Shown: positions 29,432-39,100 of the stretch, in pieces
Position numbering within the stretch: the stretch's first letter is position 1
How the letters are laid out: the number at the start of each line of letters is the position of its first letter
Assembly (NCBI GenBank): GCA_045545475.1
Contig: JAZQAZ010000030.1
Coordinates: 64,001 to 128,000 of the forward strand
DNA: 64,000 nt
Reading direction: 5' to 3'
From: Clostridia bacterium
Lineage (GTDB): Bacteria > Bacillota > Clostridia > CAKSNL01 > HGM11501
Notes under the pieces: generated by a model
What the model was told of the DNA's origin: nothing
Databases searched by the model: none
What the model saw: the letters and a program-made list of their open reading frames with translations, nothing else
Translations under genes and position numbers: made by a program

Positions 29432-29446
29432 TATCTCATCCTCCTT

Positions 29447-32203
29447 TTAGTTTAAGTGGGAAAGTACACTGTTTACGGTAGCTTCAGGTGCACCTGACTT
29501 ACTAACAGTGTAAATTCCGTTTCCGAGATTCTTTACTTCCCAACCGTAACAATCGGAAATAAGTGTCAAGGGAATCATAAATCTTCCGTTTTCGTAAACA
29601 ACTGGAGCTGTCAGCGTTTTTGCAACACCGTTTACTCTTACCTCATTTGAGCCAAGAACGCAATAAGTAAAGGTGTTGTTGATAATTTCTTTCTTATCCT
29701 CGCTCAAATCGTAATGATAGGTGTAGAAGGTGTTGTTCGCACTGTCATACTCTGTCTTGGAATGACCGTATTCCATAATTTCATTATACGCATCCTCGGG
29801 GACATAGAGCGTACCGTTCATTTCAACGGGAGCTACTCTTATGTCGGATTCTAAAGTATATCTCTTTGCTCCGCAGGCGATTAACTTTGGACTTCCAGCC
29901 TTTAATACGGATGTGGATGTTTCCTTAAGTGCCTTTCTGTCTGCATCGGCTAATGCCGTCTGTTCAATTTCGGTAAAGAGATAGTTAAGCTTTCCGTAAG
30001 GAGCAACGCTGCCGTCTGAATAGAAGTTTAAGTAATCGCTCGATACATCAACAGAGTCAGACCACTTAAGCTCCAAGTCAACCACGCCTGTTTCACCGAT
30101 TACGCTTCTGGGAATTGCAAGCTGCATCATATTACCCTTTATTGTGTAATTTACATTTGCAACATTTGTTTTTCCAAAGGGTCCGTCGCCAAACTTTGAT
30201 ACAACGCCCTTTTCTATGATATAGTCATAGCCTTCCCAGCCTGTTACATAGTTTCTGTCGGTATTTAAGTAGAGCGTCATAAAGTTTTCGGAATCACGGA
30301 TATCCTTTTCACACTCTGCCATAAAGTAGATGTTATCATTGTCAAAGGTTGCCTTTGCACCCTTTATGGAGTTTACAACCTTTGTGGTATATTCCCATCT
30401 TTCTCCGCTCTTGCCGTATTTTCCGTAGCTTGTTACGTTTCTTTCATAGTCCTGATAGGAATTTACGAAGTAAGGACCAACCTCTGCCCACTGACCTGCA
30501 TCACCCGCAAGGTCAATGGTCTTCATACCGGAGGCAACAGGTGCCTTTCTTGCACCCTTATACTTTCTTACAAGGTCGATTAACATATTGTAGCAATCGT
30601 CCTTTAAGGGACCGCGGTTAGGCTCAAAGTCACGGCTGTTTTCATAGTCGAAAAGGTCAACAAAAGCGTTTTTGTTTCTGCCGTAGGATTCAAAGCGGAT
30701 TGCATCCCACTCGTTCCATCCGTCAATCATCATAAATTCGGGATCGGCGTCAAGCGCAAATGCCGCCTGCTCACGGAAGAAGTATGCTTCTCTCATACCC
30801 TTTTCGGTATAATCTTCACCGAAGGCTTCGGAAAACGCTCTTCCCTTGCAGTATTCGGAAGAAAATGCACCAACCTCTTTCTGTCCGTAAATTGTGGACT
30901 GATTAATTCCTACGCCCACAACGACATAGCCCACTCTGCCCGTTTCGGGATTTACGTCACGGAGAGTCTGGGGGAAGTTTTCAAGCCACATCCACTCATC
31001 TTTCTTTGCTTCGCCGTTTCTCGGACCGTTGTACTTAACATTGAAAAGAGAATCTATTTCCGTAAAGAGTGCCTTTTCTGCATCTGTCTTCATAGCGGAC
31101 TCATAGTTTTTATAATCCGCCCAGCCGTAAAGGAGCGGCGCGCCGTCCTTATAGTACCAGATATCGGTATAGTCGTTTTCAACAAAGCAGGTATAGTAAA
31201 GTGCCGAAACCGCTCTTGCCGCATTGTCCGGGGAAACTCCGAGATTAAGCATAACACAGAGTTTTGGTGCGTCAACGCCCGTAGATTTAGCATCACGAAG
31301 TGCTTGTGCCAAAGTGTGAATTGTTGTCTGATATGTATTTCCGCCGTTTGAATAGTCAAGGAACAAGGAATCAACCCCTGCTATTGCAAACATTTCCGCG
31401 TGCTTACGGTAGGTCCAGTAGTCAAAGGAATCATAAAAGCCGAAAACGGGCTCGCCCCAGAAGTATTTACCCTGAATATCCCACGCCTTGTGGAAATAAT
31501 CCTCTCTTGAGCCGGGATTTGCCGCAATGATTTCGGGAATTACTGCCGCGTTTCTGTTGGAAGAATCCACTCTCCAGTTCCAGTAAAGCATACCAACTTC
31601 GCGAAGGCCTTCCTTTACGCCGCCAACCTCTTCGTAGGTGGCAACGGCTCTTCCGAAATTGTCAACTCCAACCCAGGTATCGGAATAGAGGTCAATAATT
31701 TTTGAATCGCCAACCTTTGCGGAGGTCACATCCTTTGTAACCTTTTCTTCCGACAAGGTGATTTCCTTTATTGCGATATAGTTTGTTGTGCCGTTTCCGT
31801 ATAAACTGTAAAAATAAAGGTCGTGAACGCCCGTCACAGGCTCGATTGCCGCCTTTACGGTTACATCGGTGTTTTCAAAGTCGGGCATTATGGTAAGGTT
31901 ACCGATAATTTTGCCGTTTTCGGGCGAATCTATCATAATAAGATAGGTGTCACCGTTGTTTCCGCCGGAAACATATAAGGTGTTGTTAAGCCTCATACTT
32001 ACGGAATTCATTCCCGTAAGGTCAACGCCCTTAAATCCGAAGCTGTCGCCACGGCTAAGCCCCCTTATAAAAGCGTCATTTGCATCAAAGCTGCCGTTTT
32101 TAATTGAAATATCTCCAACCTTTAACGCAGCATCTTTGGCAAAAACACTCATACAGGATAAAACCATAATGAGCGAAAGTGCCAGAGCAAGTAGTTTTTT
32201 CAT
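29447..32203 (-). CDS. Secreted CBM6-like + GH99/GH71-like barrel + beta-sandwich + stalk-domain protein (module 1 enzyme)
   Basis: Signal peptide; FKGVD..GVHDLY; WGEP-x-FGFY..RKHAEM..AGVD, DG-x-PLL, GWNEW and SRDFEP; TG-W-EGYDY; NGTLYVP..IPL..CYGWEV. Confidence 0.65.
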   Translation of the reverse strand: MKKLLALALSLIMVLSCMSVFAKDAALKVGDISIKNGSFDANDAFIRGLSRGDSFGFKGVDLTGMNSVSMRLNNTLYVSGGNNGDTYLIMIDSPENGKIIGNLTIMPDFENTDVTVKAAIEPVTGVHDLYFYSLYGNGTTNYIAIKEITLSEEKVTKDVTSAKVGDSKIIDLYSDTWVGVDNFGRAVATYEEVGGVKEGLREVGMLYWNWRVDSSNRNAAVIPEIIAANPGSREDYFHKAWDIQGKYFWGEPVFGFYDSFDYWTYRKHAEMFAIAGVDSLFLDYSNGGNTYQTTIHTLAQALRDAKSTGVDAPKLCVMLNLGVSPDNAARAVSALYYTCFVENDYTDIWYYKDGAPLLYGWADYKNYESAMKTDAEKALFTEIDSLFNVKYNGPRNGEAKKDEWMWLENFPQTLRDVNPETGRVGYVVVGVGINQSTIYGQKEVGAFSSEYCKGRAFSEAFGEDYTEKGMREAYFFREQAAFALDADPEFMMIDGWNEWDAIRFESYGRNKNAFVDLFDYENSRDFEPNRGPLKDDCYNMLIDLVRKYKGARKAPVASGMKTIDLAGDAGQWAEVGPYFVNSYQDYERNVTSYGKYGKSGERWEYTTKVVNSIKGAKATFDNDNIYFMAECEKDIRDSENFMTLYLNTDRNYVTGWEGYDYIIEKGVVSKFGDGPFGKTNVANVNYTIKGNMMQLAIPRSVIGETGVVDLELKWSDSVDVSSDYLNFYSDGSVAPYGKLNYLFTEIEQTALADADRKALKETSTSVLKAGSPKLIACGAKRYTLESDIRVAPVEMNGTLYVPEDAYNEIMEYGHSKTEYDSANNTFYTYHYDLSEDKKEIINNTFTYCVLGSNEVRVNGVAKTLTAPVVYENGRFMIPLTLISDCYGWEVKNLGNGIYTVSKSGAPEATVNSVLSHLN

Positions 32204-32218
32204 ATTTGTTTCCTCCTT

Positions 32219-33088
32219 TTACATTTCAAGTATATATAAATTTCCGCAGACGTCGCTGTAGAGCAGCACTCCATCATGGAAATCTATCATTTCCGCCTCC
32301 GCTTCCATTCCGAGGGTACGGAAGTCAAGAAATTCAACTTGCTTTTTCTCCTTTACGTCAATTATGCGAAGTGCGGGAAAGTTTACCTTATCCCCCGTAA
32401 AGCCTTCGACGGAGTAAATTTTGCCGTCATTAAAGCATCCGCCCTGAATAAAGCGGTGGCGCTCCGTATCAAAATATTCTTTAATATCTTCTTTTTTCAA
32501 GACAACCTTTTTTATGCCGTATTTTTCGTCAATTTCGCCGTCCGTTACCTTTGGCATATCAAAGGCAAAATATCTTGTTAAATTATCGCCGTCCTTCATG
32601 GTGTAGCCGTAATAAAGCTTCCGTTCTCTGTCAATTACAAAATTCCCGTAGGGGCGTATGTCACTTCTTTCGCCCGATGATTTCCAGACTTCATCATCTG
32701 CAAAATCAATTGTAATCATCTGAAGGAGAGTTGTTTTGAAGGTTTCACCCTCCCGCTCCAATCTGTATACAAGGCTTGTTCCCTTAAGGGGATTTTCAGA
32801 GGCAGCATAGTTATTATATATGTTTGAATATAGCAGCGGAAACTCATCATCGGGCGAATAATATTCGCATCCGAAATTAACCGCATTGGAGTGAGGCACT
32901 ATTTCCTCTGCCCTGTCAAGATAAAAAGATGCAATAGCAGTAAGCTCTTTTGGCTTCTCTGTCGATTTGTCAACCTTTTTAAGATCATAAACACCGCAGT
33001 GTCCCCTGGAGTTAAAGCGGAAAAGAAGGTCAGAGAAGATGGCGCCGTCCTGATCTCCACATATTTTTGCAATATGCCTTATTTTCAT
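32219..33088 (-). CDS. Hypothetical cytoplasmic protein (possibly beta-propeller)
   Basis: RBS AAGGAGG before ATG 33088; QDG, PHSN, FPLLY, IQG and EAE motifs; beta-rich; apparently co-transcribed with module 1. Confidence 0.55.
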   Translation of the reverse strand: MKIRHIAKICGDQDGAIFSDLLFRFNSRGHCGVYDLKKVDKSTEKPKELTAIASFYLDRAEEIVPHSNAVNFGCEYYSPDDEFPLLYSNIYNNYAASENPLKGTSLVYRLEREGETFKTTLLQMITIDFADDEVWKSSGERSDIRPYGNFVIDRERKLYYGYTMKDGDNLTRYFAFDMPKVTDGEIDEKYGIKKVVLKKEDIKEYFDTERHRFIQGGCFNDGKIYSVEGFTGDKVNFPALRIIDVKEKKQVEFLDFRTLGMEAEAEMIDFHDGVLLYSDVCGNLYILEM

Positions 33089-33302
33089 AAAAGACACCTC
33101 CTTAATATATTATAATGGATAACAAAGCCTTTTTCAACAGTATTTTTTTGTCCAAAACCGATAACTTTTTGTATAAAACGAACATTTGCCGTATACAAAA
33201 ACTTTTTCCTTTGGCGTATTTAATTTTATGCATATTTTTTATTGAAAACGGCAAAAAAAAGTGTTATACTTGAAAAAAGCAAATAAGAAAGGGCTGATTT
33301 AT

Positions 33303-34286
33303 ATGACCATTAAAATAGGTATCGCAGGCTACGGCAACCTTGGCAGAGGAGTCGAGTGTGCCGTCATGCAGAATCCCGATATGTCCCTTTACGGAATTTT
33401 CTCAAGAAGAAATCCCGAAACGGTGAAAACTTTAACGGGTGCTCCCGTTTATTCTATGGACGATATTTTATCCCATAAAGGTAAAATTGACGTTCTTATA
33501 ATCTGCGGCGGAAGTGCAACAGACCTTCCGGAGCAGACCCCCTATCTTGCAAAGCACTTTAATGTAATTGACAGCTTTGACAACCACGCAAACATCCCCC
33601 GCCATTTTGCCAATGTTGATGCATCGGCAAAGGAAGGCTCCACCCTGTCAATGATTTCCGTCGGCTGGGATCCCGGTATGTTTTCCGTTAACCGCTTATA
33701 TGCAGAGGCAATCCTTCCCGAAGGCAAGGACTACACCTTCTGGGGCAAGGGCGTAAGCCAGGGCCATTCCGATGCTGTACGAAGAATTGACGGCGTTATT
33801 GATGCAAGACAGTACACGATTCCCGTCGAGAGTGCCTTAAACGGTGCAAGAAGCGGCGAAAATCCCGACCTTAGCACAAGAGACAAGCACGAGCGTGAAG
33901 TGTTTGTAGTGGCAGAAGAAGGTGCTGATTTGGCACGAATCGAAAACGAAATAAAGACAATGCCCAACTACTTTGAGCCATATAACACCACCGTTCACTT
34001 TATCACTATGGATGAAATGAAGAAAAACCACGCAACACTTCCCCACGGCGGATTTGTTATAAGAAGCGGAAAGACAGGGCTTTCAAAGGAACACAATCAG
34101 ATTATTGAATACAGCTTAAAGCTTGATTCCAACCCCGAATTTACCTCCTCCGTTCTTGTTTGCTATGCAAGAGCGGTGTACCGTATGAGAAACGAGGGCA
34201 TGACAGGCTGTAAGACCGTTTTTGACGTGGCACCTTCCTATCTTTCACCCAAGACAAACGAAGAAATAATTTCTCACCTTTTATAA
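33303..34286 (+). CDS. ddh: meso-Diaminopimelate D-dehydrogenase
   Basis: GYGNLG, CGGSATDL, VGWDPG, FWGKGVSQGHSDA, QYT, HGG and SNPEFT motifs. Confidence 0.96.
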   Translation: MTIKIGIAGYGNLGRGVECAVMQNPDMSLYGIFSRRNPETVKTLTGAPVYSMDDILSHKGKIDVLIICGGSATDLPEQTPYLAKHFNVIDSFDNHANIPRHFANVDASAKEGSTLSMISVGWDPGMFSVNRLYAEAILPEGKDYTFWGKGVSQGHSDAVRRIDGVIDARQYTIPVESALNGARSGENPDLSTRDKHEREVFVVAEEGADLARIENEIKTMPNYFEPYNTTVHFITMDEMKKNHATLPHGGFVIRSGKTGLSKEHNQIIEYSLKLDSNPEFTSSVLVCYARAVYRMRNEGMTGCKTVFDVAPSYLSPKTNEEIISHLL

Positions 34287-34296
34287 GGAGGCTCAT

Positions 34297-35292
34297 ATGA
34301 AGGTTTTAAGGTTTACCGATTCGCCCATAAAGGTTTTCGGCGTTCCCTTCTTTAATGAAAACCAAAGGCTTGAAAGGCTTCCCGACAGCATAATAAAGGA
34401 GCTTCCTAATCTTTCTCATCTTGGCAAAAGATGCCCGGGGGCACGCCTTTGCTTTCGCACCGATGCCGAAAGCTTTGATGTTAAGATAACCTTTAAGACA
34501 TTGTCTCCCGACATCGGCATGAGCATCTATGCCTGCCAGAGTGCGGCGGTTTTGACAGGCGACCGAAAAAGCTTTCGTTTTGAGGGCCTTATTTTCCCGC
34601 CCGATTATAACACGAAAACCTTTGGAAGAACGGTAAGAAAGTCTGCCGCTATGGAGGATGTTACTATCTTTCTTCCGAGGAATGAAGTAATAGAGGACAT
34701 CTCTCTTTCCTTCCCCGACGAAGCGGTGGTTTTAGCTCCTACACCCTACGATTACGGACCTATCCTCTTTTACGGTTCTTCAATCACCGAAGGCGGATGC
34801 TGTCAGAACATATTTAACGGCTACAATGCAATTTTGTCAAACCGCTTGAATATGGATTATTATAATTTCGGATTTTCAGGAAATGCAAAGGGCGAGCTTA
34901 TCATAGCGGATTATATAAACACCATACCGATGAAGGCGTTTGTATATGACTATGACCATAACGCTCCCACGGTTGACCATTTAAGGGAAACTCACGAGCC
35001 GTTTTTCCTTCGTATCCGTGAGAAAAACCCTGACCTTCCCATAATTATGATGACACGTCCCGGTAAAACCGATTTATATGACGAACGTCGTGCAATCGTT
35101 AAGGCGACCTATGAAAACGCCCTTTCCCGCGGGGATAAAAATGTATATTTCATAGACGGGCAGACCTTTTTCGGAGAAAACGACCGAAACCTTTGCACCG
35201 CCGACAACATTCACCCCAATGACCTGGGATTCTACCGTATGGCAAATGTAATTGAGCCTGTTATAAAAAAAGCCCTCGGCATACAATTATAA
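34297..35292 (+). CDS. SGNH/GDSL hydrolase with N-terminal beta domain
   Basis: YGSSITEG, NFGFSG, YDYDHN and DNIHPND motifs. Confidence 0.88.
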   Translation: MKVLRFTDSPIKVFGVPFFNENQRLERLPDSIIKELPNLSHLGKRCPGARLCFRTDAESFDVKITFKTLSPDIGMSIYACQSAAVLTGDRKSFRFEGLIFPPDYNTKTFGRTVRKSAAMEDVTIFLPRNEVIEDISLSFPDEAVVLAPTPYDYGPILFYGSSITEGGCCQNIFNGYNAILSNRLNMDYYNFGFSGNAKGELIIADYINTIPMKAFVYDYDHNAPTVDHLRETHEPFFLRIREKNPDLPIIMMTRPGKTDLYDERRAIVKATYENALSRGDKNVYFIDGQTFFGENDRNLCTADNIHPNDLGFYRMANVIEPVIKKALGIQL

Positions 35293-35319
35293 TAACACCG
35301 CCAAATGTTTTTGTCTTTG

Positions 35320-35361
35320 CACAAAATTAAAAAACTATAACACAAAATTAAAAAATTATAA
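35320..35361 (+). repeat. 21-bp tandem duplication in the promoter region of the Dabb gene
   Basis: CACAAAATTAAAAAA(C/T)TATAA twice, one mismatch. Confidence 0.75.
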
Positions 35362-35379
35362 TATATAAAGGAGATAGCT

Positions 35380-35679
35380 ATGGTAAAGCACATTATAATA
35401 TGGACACTTAAAGAAATGTCCGATGAAGAAAAAGTAAAGGTAAAAAAGGACATCAAGGAAAATCTGGAAGGTCTTAAGGGTAAAATTCCGGGCCTATTTG
35501 AAATCACCGTTTACACAGAGGCACTTCCCTCCTCAAACGCCGATCTTATTCTTGATTCAACCTTCCTTGATGAAGCTTCATTAAAGGGCTATGCAATTCA
35601 TCCCGACCACGTTTATGTGGCAGATACCTTTGTCCGCCCCAATGTTCAGATAAGAAGCTGTATAGACTACGAAATATAA
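35380..35679 (+). CDS. Dabb family stress-responsive A/B barrel protein
   Basis: MVKHII-x-W..IPG..Y-x-x-HPDH..DY. Confidence 0.9.
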   Translation: MVKHIIIWTLKEMSDEEKVKVKKDIKENLEGLKGKIPGLFEITVYTEALPSSNADLILDSTFLDEASLKGYAIHPDHVYVADTFVRPNVQIRSCIDYEI

Positions 35680-35680
35680 T

Positions 35681-35722
35681 AAACCAAACCACCGCAAGGC
35701 AAAGCCTGCGGTGGTTTAGTTT
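35681..35722 (+). terminator. Intrinsic terminator
   Basis: AAACCACCGCA..TGCGGTGGTTT. Confidence 0.75.
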
Positions 35723-35755
35723 TAATCAGCGTTCTTCTTTAAGCTCTGCTGTACC

Positions 35756-35843
35756 TGTCATTCTGAGTGGAGCGTCAGCGACCGAAGAATCTCTGTTCAA
35801 CCGGTGCAGGAAACAGAGATCCTTCACTGCGTTCAGGAGGACA
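35756..35843. repeat. TGTC/CGTC-type REP palindrome doublet
   Basis: TGTCATTCTGAG..GAAGAATCT paired with inverted AGATCCTTC..TCAGGAGGACA; same family as 45623..45907. Confidence 0.8.
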
Positions 35844-36030
35844 GCGGGGTGGTTCAGGAGGACATTTGTGGCTCAGTAGGATAATGGGGTGGATTAGGAG
35901 GACAATGGGGTGGTTCAGGAAGACAATGGGGTGGATTAGGAGGACAATGGGGTGGATCAGTAGGATAATGGGGTGGTTCAAGATGACATTTGGGGCTCAG
36001 GAGGACAATGGGATAGTCCGAAATGACAAT
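35832..36030. repeat. 19-21-bp minisatellite, about 10 units (consensus ~TTCAGGAGGACAATGGGGTGG)
   Basis: Contiguous degenerate tandem units without spacers. Confidence 0.85.
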
Positions 36031-36105
36031 AATTTTAGTTCGCTGTTTACTTTTATAACCATATTATCGATTTATGAAACGACTCCCGCGAAACTGGCGT
36101 TACAC

Positions 36106-36139
36106 AAAAAAACTCCGAGGCTAAGCCTCGGAGTTTTTT
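36106..36139 (-). terminator. Terminator of the giant surface-protein gene
   Basis: AAAAAACTCCGAGGCT-AAGCCTCGGAGTTTTTT. Confidence 0.85.
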
Positions 36140-36141
36140 AA

Positions 36142-39100
36142 TTATTTACCTAAGTTCAGAAGTCTCTGAAGCATTGTTACAGCTTCTGCCTTTGTAGCGT
36201 TAGCCTTAGGTGCGAATGTACCGTCGGGATAACCGTTGATAATCTTCTTATCAGCTGCCCAGTTAACCTGGTAGTTTGCATAAGTAGCTATTTCAGCCTG
36301 ATCTGCAAAGCCGGCTTCCTTAGAAATTGTCCAATCGTGACCCATGAGAGTTGCATAACGGTAAATCATTGTAGCCATCTGCTCACGAGTGATGTTTTCA
36401 TAGGGTGAGAATGTGGTTTCTGTTGTACCGTTTGTAATACCGCTCTTAACTGCCCAAGCTACTGCATTTGTGAACCAGTCGCCAACACCAACGTCGGTGA
36501 AGTTGTGTGCACCGTCTGTGGTCTGTCCGGACATTAAGTAGAGAATCTGACAGAACTCAGCTCTTGTGATGTTCTTGTCGGGTTCGAACTTGCCTTCAGC
36601 TGTACCGTTTATGAAGTAAGCTACATACATTTCGCCAATGGTCTTTTCAGCCCAGTGACCCTGAATATCGGAAAGTTCGCTTGCACTTCTGATTCTTCTG
36701 TAATAGGGATAAAGTGTTACGTTTTCAATTATACCGGTATTTGCATAAGGTACGGTAAATGCCTCGTCAAGATACCAACCCATGAAGTCGTAGCCTTCCT
36801 TAGCTGCGGGAGCTGCTATTACTGTGCCGGTTGCCACCTTCTGAGTGCCGATGCCAACCAATGTGATTGTGTGCTGGTTAACATTTGCACCTGTTCCAAC
36901 ACCGCCACCGATAAGGCCTGTGCCGGAAGAAGAAGAATCGTCCTTACCGCCGCCGAGAGAAGGTTTCTTAGTGCCTTCGTCATCGCCGCCGGATTCCTTT
37001 GCTTCCCAAACTGCTGTGAATGTTACATCCTCTGCAACCATTGTGAATGTTTTGCCTGCCTTATAGGTTTCGCCGTCGCTGGAAGCCTTCCAACCAACAA
37101 ATGTGCTTCCTGTAAGCTTTAATTTGCTTGCAGGTAACTTGAAGGTTTCGCCTTCTGTGTAAAGGTCTGCTTCAGGAAGTGTTCCTGTTGCACCGTTTAC
37201 ATCCTCATATGTTACTGTGAATACGTCAACGCCTGCAGCAACTGCAAGGATTTCAATGTTGCCCTTTACGTTCTTAACAACTATTTCACCTGTAGCAGAA
37301 TCGTAAGTGTAGTCCTGACCTTCCTTAAGTTCTGCACCATCCATAACAACGGTGATTTCTTCGGGAAGTTCTTCTCCTTCATCAGGAGTAAGAGTAATTA
37401 CAGCATTTTCACCATAAGCAACCTTTGTGTCTTCGATTTCAGCTTCGAGCTTCTTAAGGTCAGCTGTAATCTTAGCATAACCTGCTTCGATTGCAGCAAA
37501 TTCAACTGTTACTGTTGCATCGCCGAAGAGATCGTCGATTTCAAATTCCTGAGAAGCGGAACCTGTGTAAGTAATGTTACCGTCAAGGAGATTTTCTGTT
37601 ACAACCTTTTCGGTAAATGCTATTTCACCAACTGTGCAGTGGCTCTTTGTTGCACTTGCGAAGGTTGAGTGAATTTCAAACTTGATACCGTCGATATAAC
37701 CTACATCATTGAGAACAATTCTGTCAGTTACATCTGCTCTTACGAATTCGCCTTCTGAAAGAAGTACATCAAAGGTTTCACCACCGTCGGTCGAACCCCA
37801 AACCTTATACTTTCTTGCCTTCTGACCTGCATCGTATGCAGAGCCGTCAGAGTTAAGTCTTCTTGTATGACTCATTTCAGAAATCATCATAGGCTCATCG
37901 AATACGGCTGTAATCCAGTAAGGACCGTCGGAAAGCAGATGAGTGGGGTTGGGAGAACCTGTTGTCTTGGTCTCATATTCAGAATGCCAGTATGTCTTGT
38001 CATCTCCGTCAAAGGCCTTACTTGCAGGTTCCATTGCATTGATTGCATCAAATACCCAATCCTTCTTATCGGTAACACGAACATACTTAACTGTATCTTC
38101 GCCCTTACCTTCAAGTGTCCAGCCAGCGGGCTCATAGCCTGCTGCGCCTTCAGCTACGAATACAAGGTTTTCGTGTCTTCCTACCATGGAGCCTGATGCA
38201 ACTTCTTCTTCAACCTCTTCACCTGTTGCCATATCAGTGTATCTTACAACAGCCTTGAGTGTTCCGTTTGCACCTGCTTCATAGTTTACTTCATATTCTT
38301 CAGCTTCAGCAATTGTTACGGGAACGAGTATGTCCTTACCTACGGCAAAGCCTACGGAAAGAACTATTTCGTCGCCTGCATCGTAACCGCCGTCGATGAA
38401 GAAGTACTTGGAAATTGTGAAGGATTCTTCGTCACAGAAGTAGTAAGCGGAATTTACGGGTACTAAAACGTCTTCTCCGTCTTCTTCTGTTACGATAGAG
38501 ATTGTGCCGAGTGTGATGGAGTCATTCCATTCAACATTGAATGTAAGGTCTTCAAGTGTTGCCAGGCTGTATGTTGCTGCACCGGGCTTGATGTCTGCTG
38601 CCTTAAGGTCTGCATTTGCGCTGGAAGGCTCATAGAGACAGATTTCTTCAACACCGATGGGTTCCCATGCACCGTTCTTTGTGGGATAGATTCTTACATA
38701 TCTAGCACTTACGTTTGTTGGTACTCCATCAATGATAAGCTTCATGTCTTCGTAAGCATTTCTGCTGTAATTAAGACTGTCAAGGTTGCCTGTACCAAAG
38801 GTCTGAACATCAGACTTAACCCAGTTAATACCGTCATTGGATACAGCCATATAACCTTCCTTGATAGAAGTGAAGTACTGTCTTACGCCCTTATCCTGCC
38901 ATACTCTGTTATAAATTCTTACACCGGAGAACTCATGAGGAATCTTATAGTCAACCTCGAAGTAACCGGGGCCTTCGTTCCATGTTCCTGCTGTTCCGTA
39001 GAAGAGAGCATGGGGAGCAATTGTAAGGTCAATTGTCTCATAGTCATTGTTCTTAAGAACGCTACCGTCAGACTTTGTTGTTATCTTTCTGTCTGTGATG

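Noticed and set aside
35832-36030. Possible CRISPR array
   Set aside because: Units are contiguous 19-21-mers with no unique spacers and no cas genes; it is a minisatellite.
35767-36141. ORFs 35767..36141(+) and 35775..35981(-)
   Set aside because: They translate REP/minisatellite DNA (MGWIRRT repeats), have no RBS and run through a terminator.
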